Below are positions 6,679 to 15,456 of a DNA stretch of 16,487 nucleotides, piece after piece. The notes below the pieces were generated by a model. The model saw only the letters and a list, made by a program, of their open reading frames with translations, was not told the DNA's origin and searched no databases. Origin of the DNA: a virus; the IMG/VR virus record IMGVR_UViG_3300045988_086395, one strand, 5' to 3'. Both the position numbers and the translations under genes were made by a program. The stretch's first letter is position 1; every line of letters begins with the position of its first letter.

Positions 6679-7359
6679 CTAAAATCCGCTGTAATTCGCC
6701 GTCCACACCTGCATGAAAAGATCGTCCAATTCATCGCGCACCATCAAATCAACGTTGATAAGCGAGCGCCTGTATTCATCCAGGATCACGCCAACATTGC
6801 CCGAATATCCAGCCGTTGTAACTGTGTAGTCAGTCAATGCTTTATCCGCACTTTTCGTGTAATCCTTCGTTTTCGCATTCGACGTTCCCGCGTTCGTGCC
6901 GCTTGCGTTGCCCTGTGCGTCAGTGATATTCGTGGCATAATCTTCGTTGCCTTGCAACTGCATCTGAGGCGTTGCAGAGAAAACGCTACGTGTCTTGTCT
7001 TCATTGCTCGATGTTCCCTGAGTGCTTTCGTCGCGTTTGCTTTCTCGATTGGCCTCAGTTTCTGCTGCATTTTCGGTGTGGCTCTCAGTTGTCTGCTGCA
7101 TAGTGTATAATGGATTAACGTCCATTACAACAGTTTCGTACATCTTATTGTAATACGGCATGATCGATTGCATGCGACGCTTGAAATACACAGCGAATCG
7201 AGCAGGGGGTGTAATGCATATTTCGCGAAATTGAAACCACATGACTATTAAATCGTTAAGATGCTGGCGATACGATTCATCGAAAATCGGATAATCGTTG
7301 AAGCCAGGATCGAAACCGTCATCGACAAGTTCGCCAAATTCTATGGTAAAAACGGCCAT
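6679..7359 (-). CDS. Putative lower collar / tail protein (226 aa) with a central S/T/N/E-rich low-complexity segment.
   Basis: Occupies the position immediately downstream of the portal, as gp11 does in phi29. GGGAGG RBS and a TAATG overlap with the portal stop. No motif-level identification. Confidence 0.45.
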   Translation of the reverse strand: MAVFTIEFGELVDDGFDPGFNDYPIFDESYRQHLNDLIVMWFQFREICITPPARFAVYFKRRMQSIMPYYNKMYETVVMDVNPLYTMQQTTESHTENAAETEANRESKRDESTQGTSSNEDKTRSVFSATPQMQLQGNEDYATNITDAQGNASGTNAGTSNAKTKDYTKSADKALTDYTVTTAGYSGNVGVILDEYRRSLINVDLMVRDELDDLFMQVWTANYSGF

Positions 7360-8294
7360 TACAACCTCCCTTCTCCGTCTTCAATATCGTTGCTGATCAT
7401 ATCGTTTGCGAAGAAATCATAATTGTTGGAAGCGTTGTCATGATTCCAGACGACCTCAATAGGAGCGTCAAGCAATCGAGCATAGCGTCGGTTGATGATA
7501 TCGCACGCTTCGCGACGCGCGTTCAGCCCGACCAATCGCGAAATCTCCACTTGTCCGTTATTAGCTTGCACCTCGTCGGTGACAACCCGCTCTTTTTTAT
7601 CTTGGTTGGCGTTGTCAACCCCAGCGTACGTGTAAAATTCATTAAGCGTGCGATGCTTGTTAAGCATAAGTTCCGTGGCATAGTTCGGCACGTCGGTTTT
7701 AAAAACTCCGACATTGACGTCGGTCATAAGCCCTGAAAATCCGAAAATCACCGGCTCACCACCCTGCGCCTGCTGGTACAATGACTGGATTGACTGTTTC
7801 TTTTCTTCCGGGCATGTGATCAGAACAGGCGTTCTCATTGCGTTGATATTAACGTCGATGATCCGATCATAACGAGTAAGACGCTCCGCATACACCGATA
7901 CGGTCAAATGGTCGGTTTTGCGCGATCTGCTGGCCCAAATAGGCACGCCCTTGTCAGCGCCCATACGATACGACCATCCGTTATTGCCCCACGAAGTCAA
8001 TTCCGTTGGATTGTCATACAGGTTCCATCGACCCGACGGCGTAACTTGCGTACCTAAAAGTTTGTCGGTGAACCACGGTTTGAAAACTACAGCGACGCCG
8101 TTGCGGAAAAGTGTCATTTCCAAAAACCGCTCATCGATAGAGTCCGGAAGATTGAGCCACTTGTAACGGTTGATCATGATATCTTGCATCATATAATAAT
8201 AGTGCAGATATTGACGGTAGTTGAGGTCTGCCGACTGCCAATAAACGTCATCGCCATACCCGCATATGCTGTTTTTCTTTCGCTTGCGGCTCAT
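7359..8294 (-). CDS. Portal (head-tail connector / upper collar) protein, homolog of phi29 gp10.
   Basis: 311 aa against 309 aa for gp10. Blocks RTPVLITCPEEKKQSIQSLYQQAQGGEPVIFG, VFKTDVPNYATEL and NANQDKKERVVTDEV align to remembered gp10 sequence. ATGA overlap with the upstream gene. Confidence 0.9.
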   Translation of the reverse strand: MSRKRKKNSICGYGDDVYWQSADLNYRQYLHYYYMMQDIMINRYKWLNLPDSIDERFLEMTLFRNGVAVVFKPWFTDKLLGTQVTPSGRWNLYDNPTELTSWGNNGWSYRMGADKGVPIWASRSRKTDHLTVSVYAERLTRYDRIIDVNINAMRTPVLITCPEEKKQSIQSLYQQAQGGEPVIFGFSGLMTDVNVGVFKTDVPNYATELMLNKHRTLNEFYTYAGVDNANQDKKERVVTDEVQANNGQVEISRLVGLNARREACDIINRRYARLLDAPIEVVWNHDNASNNYDFFANDMISNDIEDGEGRL

Positions 8295-10435
8295 CGGATC
8301 ACCTCATTGTCTGCCACGTCGATTCGTCCCATCTTAGCAGGATCAGTCCAAACGGTCACGCCTTTTTCGAAAATTCCTCGAATCGTTTGCCGGTATTCCT
8401 CCGGAACCGATGACGAGAAAATATAACATTGCGTCATTTTCCAATAGGTAAAATTTTTGCAACACATCAAAGACGCGGGAACATTTACGAAGCCATTGTA
8501 AGCATATCCGTAACGCAGCCAGTATTCGCCAACCGTGCGAAGAAACGCATCTTTGATACGCTTGATTTTAAGCGTCACGCCGAAATACCCCTTGGCGATC
8601 ATCAATGCATCGCCTCCAGCATTGCCGGATATCGATGGTGCGATAACCTCAGCATCCTGCACCTGCGCATTGATGGCTGCAATCGCTTGCTGATAATCTC
8701 CTTGCGCTGCGAAATTACCATAAGACAAGTTGGTATCTGCAACATATTTGCCAGTATTGTAATTGTTGGTTGCAGTTTTGGATGCTAACATGTTGCTAAT
8801 CTCGGTGCTGCGATTGTTAGCCTTATATTGTATCGTTGTACTGGCAGCAGCGTTTGCAATGCCAAGCGCTGATGATACAATGTTTCCAGATGCCAGCGAG
8901 TTAGCGGCGCTCTGCAAACCACCTGCCAATGCTGTCATATTCCTCACGTCATTCTGCGCGGTATTTGCCTGAATTCCAGCCCCCGAATTCATGAGCGCAT
9001 TTTGCAAAGTTGCTGAAGATTGATCATAGCCTAGCTGATTCGCTATCATGGCCTTGTCGCGCGACCATCCTGCATTGCTATATGCATATGCACGGCTACG
9101 CGCGGATGACGCAATTGTCAATGCGTAACTGTCATTGACGACAGAAAATCTCGGAAAATTCGAAACAATTAATGCCGCATCCATAAATTCCCCGCAGTGG
9201 ATAGTAACAGATTGCGTGTTGCCGCTTAACGTAGCAGCCGTAAATTCATCATTGCCGCCAGTTGCCCTGCCATTATATCTCTCTGGATATACTGCGTATT
9301 GTGTAAATGGCGGTGTATTTAATCCGAGTAAACGAAACGAATAACCATTAACTGTCAATAATAAACCATCAGGCTTATACACTATCGCTTGCCCCGAATT
9401 ATCCGTTAATTCTATAGCACTATATGGGTAAGAATATAGTTTAGTGAGATTTTTATACCTCGAAGGAATATACCAACTATCTATATTAACATCAAAAAAT
9501 ACAGTTCCTTCTCCTCTACTCCCAGATTTCAATTTATAAGCAGGTATATTTCGTATTTTTACTTCATCGCCAAGGTCTAGAAATTTAGATGCGCCTATTG
9601 TAATAATCTGTATACATTGGCTTACCCATGGATAATTAGATATCGCCTTCATAAAATGCTCAAAGTTATCTGCTCTAATTGCATATACTTCACACCCACT
9701 TGGTATGTCCTCTATAATATCGCCTTTAGCTGTCCTTAATTCTGGATCATTTATATCGCCCCAATTTTGCAATGTCAAATCCGCGGTAGAAGATACTAGT
9801 ACATATAATGGACTGTCATCATGCATCCAACTATCATGTTTAACATTTACAATCTCATAATCACTTCCAATTTCTAAGCCCTCAGGCAATGTAGCGATCT
9901 GATTGGATATTGGTGTTGCTAAATATTCCTCTGGTGCAGGCAACTGCTGCATAGCATAATGCCCGCGCTCCAAATAGCAATTGCCAAACTCCACGCTGTT
10001 TCCGTACGTCGTCCATACATCCAATTGCACGTTTAGCCGCGTAGTGTTCGGTGCGATATAATCCATTGATGTAATAAAATAAAAATAATCAGTGCGCGCT
10101 CCCGGCTCTTCACCGGGCACCGGAAAAAACGGCTGATGTACATGCAGATAATTGTAACCGTTTGCTGAGTTAAAAGGCTTAGGGATCATCACTGGATCGC
10201 CATATTTCAGAATGACCTTCGTAGTCAATTGAAAAGGCAGCGAATTTTTCAATCCATTAAAATATGCGTCTCGCTCTGCATCATTTGCAAACTTGACAAT
10301 ATCACGATATGACATATCCCATGGAACATTGCATAACGTGACTGTAGTATCCTCAGTCCATAACTGATAATTAAAATTGTTTTGATATTTATAAATATTT
10401 TCCGGGACTCCCGGAAAATTCGGCAAATCTTGCAT
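8291..10435 (-). CDS. Tail knob / distal tail tube protein, homolog of phi29 gp9.
   Basis: The C-terminus GYFGVTLKIKRIK...YGYAYNGFVNVP...CYIFSS...IRGIFEKGVTVWTDPAKMG...DNEVIR parallels the gp9 C-terminus. Gene order is MCP-tail-portal as in phi29. Start taken as the ATG at 10435, since the ORF-track 10441 is a GTG. Confidence 0.85.
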   Translation of the reverse strand: MQDLPNFPGVPENIYKYQNNFNYQLWTEDTTVTLCNVPWDMSYRDIVKFANDAERDAYFNGLKNSLPFQLTTKVILKYGDPVMIPKPFNSANGYNYLHVHQPFFPVPGEEPGARTDYFYFITSMDYIAPNTTRLNVQLDVWTTYGNSVEFGNCYLERGHYAMQQLPAPEEYLATPISNQIATLPEGLEIGSDYEIVNVKHDSWMHDDSPLYVLVSSTADLTLQNWGDINDPELRTAKGDIIEDIPSGCEVYAIRADNFEHFMKAISNYPWVSQCIQIITIGASKFLDLGDEVKIRNIPAYKLKSGSRGEGTVFFDVNIDSWYIPSRYKNLTKLYSYPYSAIELTDNSGQAIVYKPDGLLLTVNGYSFRLLGLNTPPFTQYAVYPERYNGRATGGNDEFTAATLSGNTQSVTIHCGEFMDAALIVSNFPRFSVVNDSYALTIASSARSRAYAYSNAGWSRDKAMIANQLGYDQSSATLQNALMNSGAGIQANTAQNDVRNMTALAGGLQSAANSLASGNIVSSALGIANAAASTTIQYKANNRSTEISNMLASKTATNNYNTGKYVADTNLSYGNFAAQGDYQQAIAAINAQVQDAEVIAPSISGNAGGDALMIAKGYFGVTLKIKRIKDAFLRTVGEYWLRYGYAYNGFVNVPASLMCCKNFTYWKMTQCYIFSSSVPEEYRQTIRGIFEKGVTVWTDPAKMGRIDVADNEVIR

Positions 10436-10448
10436 TTCCACCGCCTTT

Positions 10449-10485
10449 CAAAAAGCCCCCATGCGCTGCGCAAACGCATGGGGGC
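10449..10485 (-). terminator. Rho-independent terminator between the capsid and tail genes.
   Basis: An 11-bp stem GCCCCCATGCG / CGCATGGGGGC with a 9-nt loop. On the minus strand it is followed by TTTTTG, then the tail gene RBS. Confidence 0.65.
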
Positions 10486-10525
10486 ACGCCTACCGCATAT
10501 TGTCGAGGAGTAGAGATTGCGGCGG

Positions 10526-11923
10526 CTACTCAGTAGTCGGAACGTACTTGGCGCCAATGCCAACTACCATAGATGCGGTCTTCGGAGTCTGACCGCTGAT
10601 CGGTTTATCAGGATCGATATACGACAGCGTAGCCTGGACGGTAACATTGGTCGCCGTCTCATCAGGGTCAACATGCAGCACACCATCATTGGTAACATAC
10701 GTGTGAGGTGCGAGCGCCTTGTCGGACGCCGTAATCGTGAGATATGCACCATCGGGCACATGCACATCGGGGTCTACGGGATCGACGGTGCCGTTAGCCG
10801 TAACTTTGAGCTGCGTATCTTCACCGACAGGCGCGAACTCAGGAGTCGTGCCGTCCTCTTTTTCAGCAAATGCAATCGTCGCACTAGCAACATTGACGGT
10901 AACAGTCGTCAAGCCAGTACCCTCCTCAAGCGTAAACAACACCGCATTGAGCATCGGCGACATGGACATGATCCCCTGGTGATGCAACCAATGGTTGGTG
11001 GTCAGCGTCGACGGGTTGTAAAAACTCGTATTTTCAAAAACGGAATCAGCGCAAATAAACCAATCACGATCAACAAGCGCTGCCTGCGCACCGTTAACCG
11101 GGAACTCATCAACGATGACTTGGCGAGTCTGCATTTCGGCGGGCTCCAAATGGAAAAGCGGGGCCAGACCCTCAACGTCGATCGCAGCCTCAACATCAGG
11201 CGTCATGATAAGCAGCATGTCCTCAGGCCGCGAGAATACCGGCAACCCGTATGCATTGTAATAGGGGCGCTGGAAACTGAGACGACGAGTGTATGCGCGT
11301 AGCAAGCGCAGAACTTTACGAGCATTGGTAGTAATATCAGTATCAACGGACAAATCAGGCGTTTGAACTTTGTAAAAGCCCCATTTCTGCTCGTACGTCG
11401 CGAACAGATTGACCATGGTATCATACTCAGCTTGCGAGTTGGAGTTATACGGAATATCCATGATCGAATTTACGAAATCGTTAAGTCCGTACTCACTCAG
11501 AAATGCACGGCGAAGCTCGACTTCATTGACCGTGATCGGAAATTTCCACTCGAAATTTCGATGGTGAAACGCGCTCTTGAATTCAGGCGGGTTACAATCA
11601 AGAAGATCAATTGCGCACGGATCATACGTTTTCGGCTTGATCAGATTCGCGCCGACTTCTTCAATCGTATTGCCATACATCAACATGCCACGCTTCAGCG
11701 GCGCAAGCGGATTTTCCCAACGACGCGAACGAATGACGACTTCACCAATTCGATTCACAAGTGCATCAACAAATTCATTCCAAAACGGGCGCGAATTCGG
11801 ATTTTGAAAAAATTCAACAGTCTGGCTAATGTTACCCTGCGTCACGCGCGGCACGTTCTGCTGGTAATTAGTAGAGCCATTCAACCAGATTTTATTAAGT
11901 ATAGTAGCATTATTCTCTGCCAT
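10526..11923 (-). CDS. Major capsid protein (phi29 gp8-like) with a C-terminal Ig-like (BIG2-type) domain.
   Basis: NEFVDALVNRIGEVVIRSRRWENPL...GNTIEEV and ALVDRDWFICAD align to remembered gp8 blocks. The C-terminal beta-rich TVTVNVASATIAF...KVTANGTVDPV segment resembles the gp8 Ig-like domain. GAAGGA RBS. Confidence 0.9.
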   Translation of the reverse strand: MAENNATILNKIWLNGSTNYQQNVPRVTQGNISQTVEFFQNPNSRPFWNEFVDALVNRIGEVVIRSRRWENPLAPLKRGMLMYGNTIEEVGANLIKPKTYDPCAIDLLDCNPPEFKSAFHHRNFEWKFPITVNEVELRRAFLSEYGLNDFVNSIMDIPYNSNSQAEYDTMVNLFATYEQKWGFYKVQTPDLSVDTDITTNARKVLRLLRAYTRRLSFQRPYYNAYGLPVFSRPEDMLLIMTPDVEAAIDVEGLAPLFHLEPAEMQTRQVIVDEFPVNGAQAALVDRDWFICADSVFENTSFYNPSTLTTNHWLHHQGIMSMSPMLNAVLFTLEEGTGLTTVTVNVASATIAFAEKEDGTTPEFAPVGEDTQLKVTANGTVDPVDPDVHVPDGAYLTITASDKALAPHTYVTNDGVLHVDPDETATNVTVQATLSYIDPDKPISGQTPKTASMVVGIGAKYVPTTE

Positions 11924-11925
11924 GT

Positions 11926-12291
11926 TTAATCCTTCCGACGAGTCATATCGAGATCATCATAATCAATGCCTCGATCTTCGCCCGAATCGTCATCTTCCTT
12001 GCGATCGTCCACGTCTGCCGCAGACGATGCGCCGCCATTCATCATCAGCTCATAATTCTTATCAAGCAGCTTATCATAACGAGTACGCAAATCATCATAT
12101 TTCTTGTCGTACTCGTCACGTTCTTTTTCCAACTCAACAACACGCGCTGCCTGCTGATCAGCTACCTGCTGAGACGTCAAGTTCTCATCGTCCCACTGAT
12201 CGAAATACTTGTCTAGTTCATCAGCAGCAAGCGGGCCGTCTTCCCACGCGCTTTCACGGATGCGCTGGATAATCTCTACGGGCCTCTCCAC
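11926..12291 (-). CDS. Head scaffolding protein (acidic, coiled-coil). The start is probably the GTG at 12291. The alternative ATG at 12336 has no RBS and lies inside a GC hairpin.
   Basis: Highly acidic helical sequence (..EKERDEYDKKYDDLRTRYDKLLDKNYEL..) directly upstream of the MCP. A strong RBS AAGGAGAG sits 5-7 nt before the GTG at 12291. Confidence 0.6.
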   Translation of the reverse strand: MERPVEIIQRIRESAWEDGPLAADELDKYFDQWDDENLTSQQVADQQAARVVELEKERDEYDKKYDDLRTRYDKLLDKNYELMMNGGASSAADVDDRKEDDDSGEDRGIDYDDLDMTRRKD

Positions 12292-12313
12292 GTCAGCTCT
12301 CCTTCCATCAAGC

Positions 12314-12334
12314 GGGGGCGGTTTGCCCGCCCCC
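12314..12334 (-). promoter_or_regulatory. GC-rich stem-loop GGGGGCGG-GCAAA-CCGCCCCC with no U-tract. Possible leaky terminator or processing site between the candidate structured RNA and the scaffold gene.
   Basis: Perfect 8-bp G/C stem read directly from the sequence. On the minus strand it is followed by GCTTGATGG-AAGGAGAG-CTGAC-GTG. Confidence 0.35.
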
Positions 12335-12341
12335 AAATATC

Positions 12342-12459
12342 CGAGTGATTGATGCTATGCACTGTAGAGCTGCCAGCTAAGCCATGCATCCTGGCGCGTG
12401 TTACCGCGGGCTGTCCAGGCTTGCACTCCCACTCCGCGAACGCCATAGCCATCACTACG
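12342..12459 (-). ncRNA. Candidate structured RNA, possibly the prohead/packaging RNA (pRNA). It is about 115 nt and GC-rich, and its 5' and 3' ends pair in a bulged helix.
   Basis: It starts about 6 nt after the -10 of the 12465-12493 promoter. The 5' arm AGUGAU-G-GCUAUG (12456-12444) pairs with the 3' arm CAUAGC-AUCA-AUCACU (12359-12344), the same end-to-end pairing as the pRNA A-helix. The interior has CGCGG/CCGCG and GCCUGG/CCAGG helices. The 3' segment ACAGUGCAUAGCAUCAAUCAC resembles the phi29 pRNA AAAGUGCACGCUACUUUGAUA. The region is non-coding in all six frames. Confidence 0.45.
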
Positions 12460-12464
12460 TTTTC

Positions 12465-12493
12465 AATATAACACGCTAACTGTCTATTGTCAA
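12465..12493 (-). promoter_or_regulatory. Near-consensus sigma-A promoter (TTGACA, 17 bp, TGtTATATT) in the pol-scaffold intergenic region. It is a candidate promoter for the structured RNA and/or the late operon.
   Basis: Minus strand reads TTGACA-ATAGACAGTTAGCGTGT-TATATT. It lies 14 nt downstream of the pol stop. Confidence 0.6.
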
Positions 12494-12506
12494 CAAAAAC
12501 ATCAAA

Positions 12507-14147
12507 TCAACGGATGGTGAAATCAGACTCGACCAGCACAATACCGCCTGGCACATGTTTCGGCACAAGCTTGCCTCCTGGGACAACCAAGCCTATATCA
12601 AAATCTTCAAACCTCACCTGATCACGCATATCCGCCGAAAGCCCTGCACACTTCACAAGATTCTTTCCGTTCACAACCTCGATATACGTTTTCTGCCTCG
12701 GATATTTTGCTTTTTCAAAATCATATTCATGATCCCAAGCGCCAAGTTTCGTCTTGTGAATTTCAAGGCCGCTTGGAATTTCCAGCCCCTCCAAATGCAG
12801 ACTGTCAGTGTCAGCGTATAAAAATCTATTGTACTCATTCTGCGCATGGCTGATAATGTCTTGTCTCGCATACGCCGTAATAAACGCTGCGGCCGCAGTA
12901 TACACTGGATCGCGGTATTCAGGCTCGGCAAACACAGGATATTTAACAACCCCGTCTGCATCTATCATGCATGTTCTACCTGTTACATCAGGGTTAGTTG
13001 CAAGCTTGCCATACAGCGAATTGAGCATAAGCTTCGCTATCATCCTAATAGCTCCAGTGCTTGTTTCTTTAACATGCATCCAGTATTCAATGTACGGATC
13101 AAAAATTCCATTCGCACTTTTAAAAACATAAGCTTCATGATATTCTACCACGTCAACAATGTAATGCTCTTTAAATAGCTCGAAATCAACCGACGTTAAA
13201 CATAATTCCGTCGGCTCATCTATTTCCTCGACATATTGATTATCCATAAAATGCGGGTTGCGTTTGATCTGTAATGTTGGTAAAAATCCATCGCGCAATC
13301 TCGCTGTCACATGCATACGCTGTATATGCAATTTATCTCCAGTGTATCTCCCATCATAAATTGTCGGGTATCCAACAGGCATAGATCGTTGTACCATCAT
13401 CGACGGATACATGCTGTTTTTATCGTAACAACATCCAGGGCCAATAACTCTCCCTTTAGCAATGTCACTTACATATGTGTATCCTCCACGATATGACTTA
13501 CGAATTTCTGCATCCAATTCAAGCGGCAAAACGGGGAAATATTTCTTAAAATTAAATGTTGACTTCGCATGCTTCAGCGCATCAGCACCAATCGTCAATG
13601 CATTCAACGATTGCGCTAATTGCACCCGCAATGCGCAGGCCACGATTTTCACGTCGTTTGAAATATATTCTATTTCATGCTCTGTAAGCTCGTGCCCTGG
13701 CTCTCTATATTCTTGATAATTTAGATCGAGTTTCTGATAATCTAAACCAAAATCCTTAGCAATCGTATCAACGGAAAAGGGCAGCTTCTTGTAACTGTCC
13801 CTAATCTCACAAACATTACTCCCTTTTTTCGTCCTCGAAAAACATATCTTCGCGTTATAAAATTTACGTTGCTCACTCATTAACAACGTAAATTTCTTAG
13901 TATTTAATTTTTCAGCACATTCAAATCCCAAATGCCCCATCAAATAAGCGGCCAAAAATTCAAAATCAAATACTGCGTTATGAAAATAATACGTACCGTT
14001 ATTTTCCTGCATGAAATCAACAAACGTTTCAATTCGATTCCCAAACCATATATTGTTCTCATCAGCAACTTCGCAAACCGACCACGCCCAAACACGACAA
14101 TCATTTCGATCTGTCGTCGTTTCAAAGTCTGCCACATACTCCATCAT
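12507..14147 (-). CDS. Protein-primed family-B DNA polymerase (phi29 gp2-like).
   Basis: ExoI DFETTT + DCRVWA, ExoII FDFEF, ExoIII YISND, motif A NSMYPS, KLMLNSLYGK, motif C YADTDS and KxY RQKTYI. Length 546 aa against 572 for phi29. Confidence 0.95.
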   Translation of the reverse strand: MMEYVADFETTTDRNDCRVWAWSVCEVADENNIWFGNRIETFVDFMQENNGTYYFHNAVFDFEFLAAYLMGHLGFECAEKLNTKKFTLLMSEQRKFYNAKICFSRTKKGSNVCEIRDSYKKLPFSVDTIAKDFGLDYQKLDLNYQEYREPGHELTEHEIEYISNDVKIVACALRVQLAQSLNALTIGADALKHAKSTFNFKKYFPVLPLELDAEIRKSYRGGYTYVSDIAKGRVIGPGCCYDKNSMYPSMMVQRSMPVGYPTIYDGRYTGDKLHIQRMHVTARLRDGFLPTLQIKRNPHFMDNQYVEEIDEPTELCLTSVDFELFKEHYIVDVVEYHEAYVFKSANGIFDPYIEYWMHVKETSTGAIRMIAKLMLNSLYGKLATNPDVTGRTCMIDADGVVKYPVFAEPEYRDPVYTAAAAFITAYARQDIISHAQNEYNRFLYADTDSLHLEGLEIPSGLEIHKTKLGAWDHEYDFEKAKYPRQKTYIEVVNGKNLVKCAGLSADMRDQVRFEDFDIGLVVPGGKLVPKHVPGGIVLVESDFTIR

Positions 14148-14935
14148 TCGCCCCGACGAATGCGCCTGATAAGATCAAGCAGATAGTTCTCCTGATCCTC
14201 AATAACAATGGCCTGCTCAATTGGCTCCCCCATATATTCCATATTAGCCCGAGGGGGAGAATCAATAAAAACTTGCTGCACAAAATCAGATTTAGCGTAT
14301 AGCTCATCCAGTTCCTGAGGCGTCAAACTTTTCAATTCAGCCCTCAAAGCTTCGCTATCCATTGATTCGGCACGTTTAGCTATGTTCGCGATAAGCATTT
14401 CCATTTGCTTGGATTGATACTGGGGAGTTCTAATCCTGTTAATCCGCTCTAAATATTCTCGCGCGGCTTTTTCGCTATGGAAAGTCTCAATATTATGAGG
14501 CGGCAATGGCAATGAGCCAGCATATCCTGCACGGCTATTATATTCGTATCTTCTAGTTTTAGGATTAAACCGTGTGCCCATGAATTGAAACTGTTGAAGG
14601 GTCATATCCCCCATCAACGATTTTTGCTGCGAAGGCGGTATTTCAGCGTAACCATAACGCTTAGCTCTATATTGATTGGTCTTACGTTCTGCGTATCTAA
14701 TTTGTTGCACGAGTTGACGCGATATCGGAGTGCCGTCTTCGCCAGCCACGTAACCGGGATTGTCGATAAAACCAGCAAGCCTGTTCGCATATGATTCTTT
14801 TTGCCGCGTCGTATATCCACTATAATTCCTAATCGGATTAATAGATCCTGTATTTATTCCCCTAGCTTTAATACGAGATAATTTCCTTTTAGCTTTCTGC
14901 TCTAATTCCGCGATACGATTATCTATTCGTGCCAT
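14144..14935 (-). CDS. Putative terminal protein (263 aa), the primer for protein-primed replication.
   Basis: Lies immediately upstream of and overlapping pol (ATGA), as gene 3/gene 2 do in phi29. Similar size to the 266-aa TP. Basic N-terminus MAR...KAKRKLSRIKAR. GGAGG RBS. Confidence 0.6.
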   Translation of the reverse strand: MARIDNRIAELEQKAKRKLSRIKARGINTGSINPIRNYSGYTTRQKESYANRLAGFIDNPGYVAGEDGTPISRQLVQQIRYAERKTNQYRAKRYGYAEIPPSQQKSLMGDMTLQQFQFMGTRFNPKTRRYEYNSRAGYAGSLPLPPHNIETFHSEKAAREYLERINRIRTPQYQSKQMEMLIANIAKRAESMDSEALRAELKSLTPQELDELYAKSDFVQQVFIDSPPRANMEYMGEPIEQAIVIEDQENYLLDLIRRIRRGE

Positions 14936-14957
14936 AAACGCACCTCCGAAATTTCAG

Positions 14958-14987
14958 ACAAAAAAGAAGGGGGATTTCTCCCCCTTC
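14958..14987 (-). terminator. Rho-independent terminator between the SSB and TP genes. It probably separates or attenuates the early operon.
   Basis: A 9-bp stem GAAGGGGGA / TCCCCCTTC with a 4-nt loop, followed on the minus strand by TTTTTT, then the TP RBS. Confidence 0.65.
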
Positions 14988-15001
14988 ATCCAGGGAACCG
15001 A

Positions 15002-15454
15002 TTATGCGAGCGCAATACTCAGATACTTGTTCCCACCGCGCGACTTCTCAACTACCGGCTTGATAGCCAACGGCTCCTCCCATTCCGACGGCTGGCCAAA
15101 GATCGCGAACAACTGCTTGACCGCACTATACACAGCCTCAGACGACGTAGACCACGCACGCCCATCAGCCCCGACAAAAATAACGCGCACCTTATCCAAC
15201 TCAACATCCGAATCGTTCATGTCAGTGATACTGGTGGCATGTGCAACCACGTTAACGCAATCAATAACAAGATCAGGGTTATTATCCAACTCATCCCATA
15301 TACTAACAGCAGAGCTGATCGAATTAAAGAGAGAAACCTTGTCTTTTTTATCCTTAATCGCAACTCCCGTATAAACTCCCGCGCCCTTCTGAGCAAGTTC
15401 GTTAGCAGGGTTTTCTTCAATATAATCTGCCTTCGCAATCATATTCTCAGCCAT
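15002..15454 (-). CDS. Single-stranded DNA-binding protein (phi29 p5-like).
   Basis: N-terminal MAENMIAKADYIEE and C-terminal RVIFVGADGRAWSTSSEAVYSAV...KSRGGNKYLSIALA parallel phi29 p5 (MENTNIVKATFDTE ... TTIFAADGSLYSAISKTV...GTSSKGNVFFSLQLSL). AAAGGTGA RBS. Confidence 0.6.
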   Translation of the reverse strand: MAENMIAKADYIEENPANELAQKGAGVYTGVAIKDKKDKVSLFNSISSAVSIWDELDNNPDLVIDCVNVVAHATSITDMNDSDVELDKVRVIFVGADGRAWSTSSEAVYSAVKQLFAIFGQPSEWEEPLAIKPVVEKSRGGNKYLSIALA

Positions 15455-15456
15455 TT

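Noticed and set aside
10517-11302. 261-aa plus-strand ORF, Arg-rich, antisense to the major capsid gene. The similar 10564-10767 minus-strand ORF was also considered.
   Set aside because: Low-complexity, R-rich translation with no RBS, lying wholly inside a well-supported conserved CDS on the other strand. This is a typical shadow ORF.
12292-12336. ATG 12336 as the scaffold start.
   Set aside because: No Shine-Dalgarno sequence, and the start is embedded in a GC hairpin. The GTG at 12291 with an AAGGAGAG RBS is preferred. The alternative is kept as a note.
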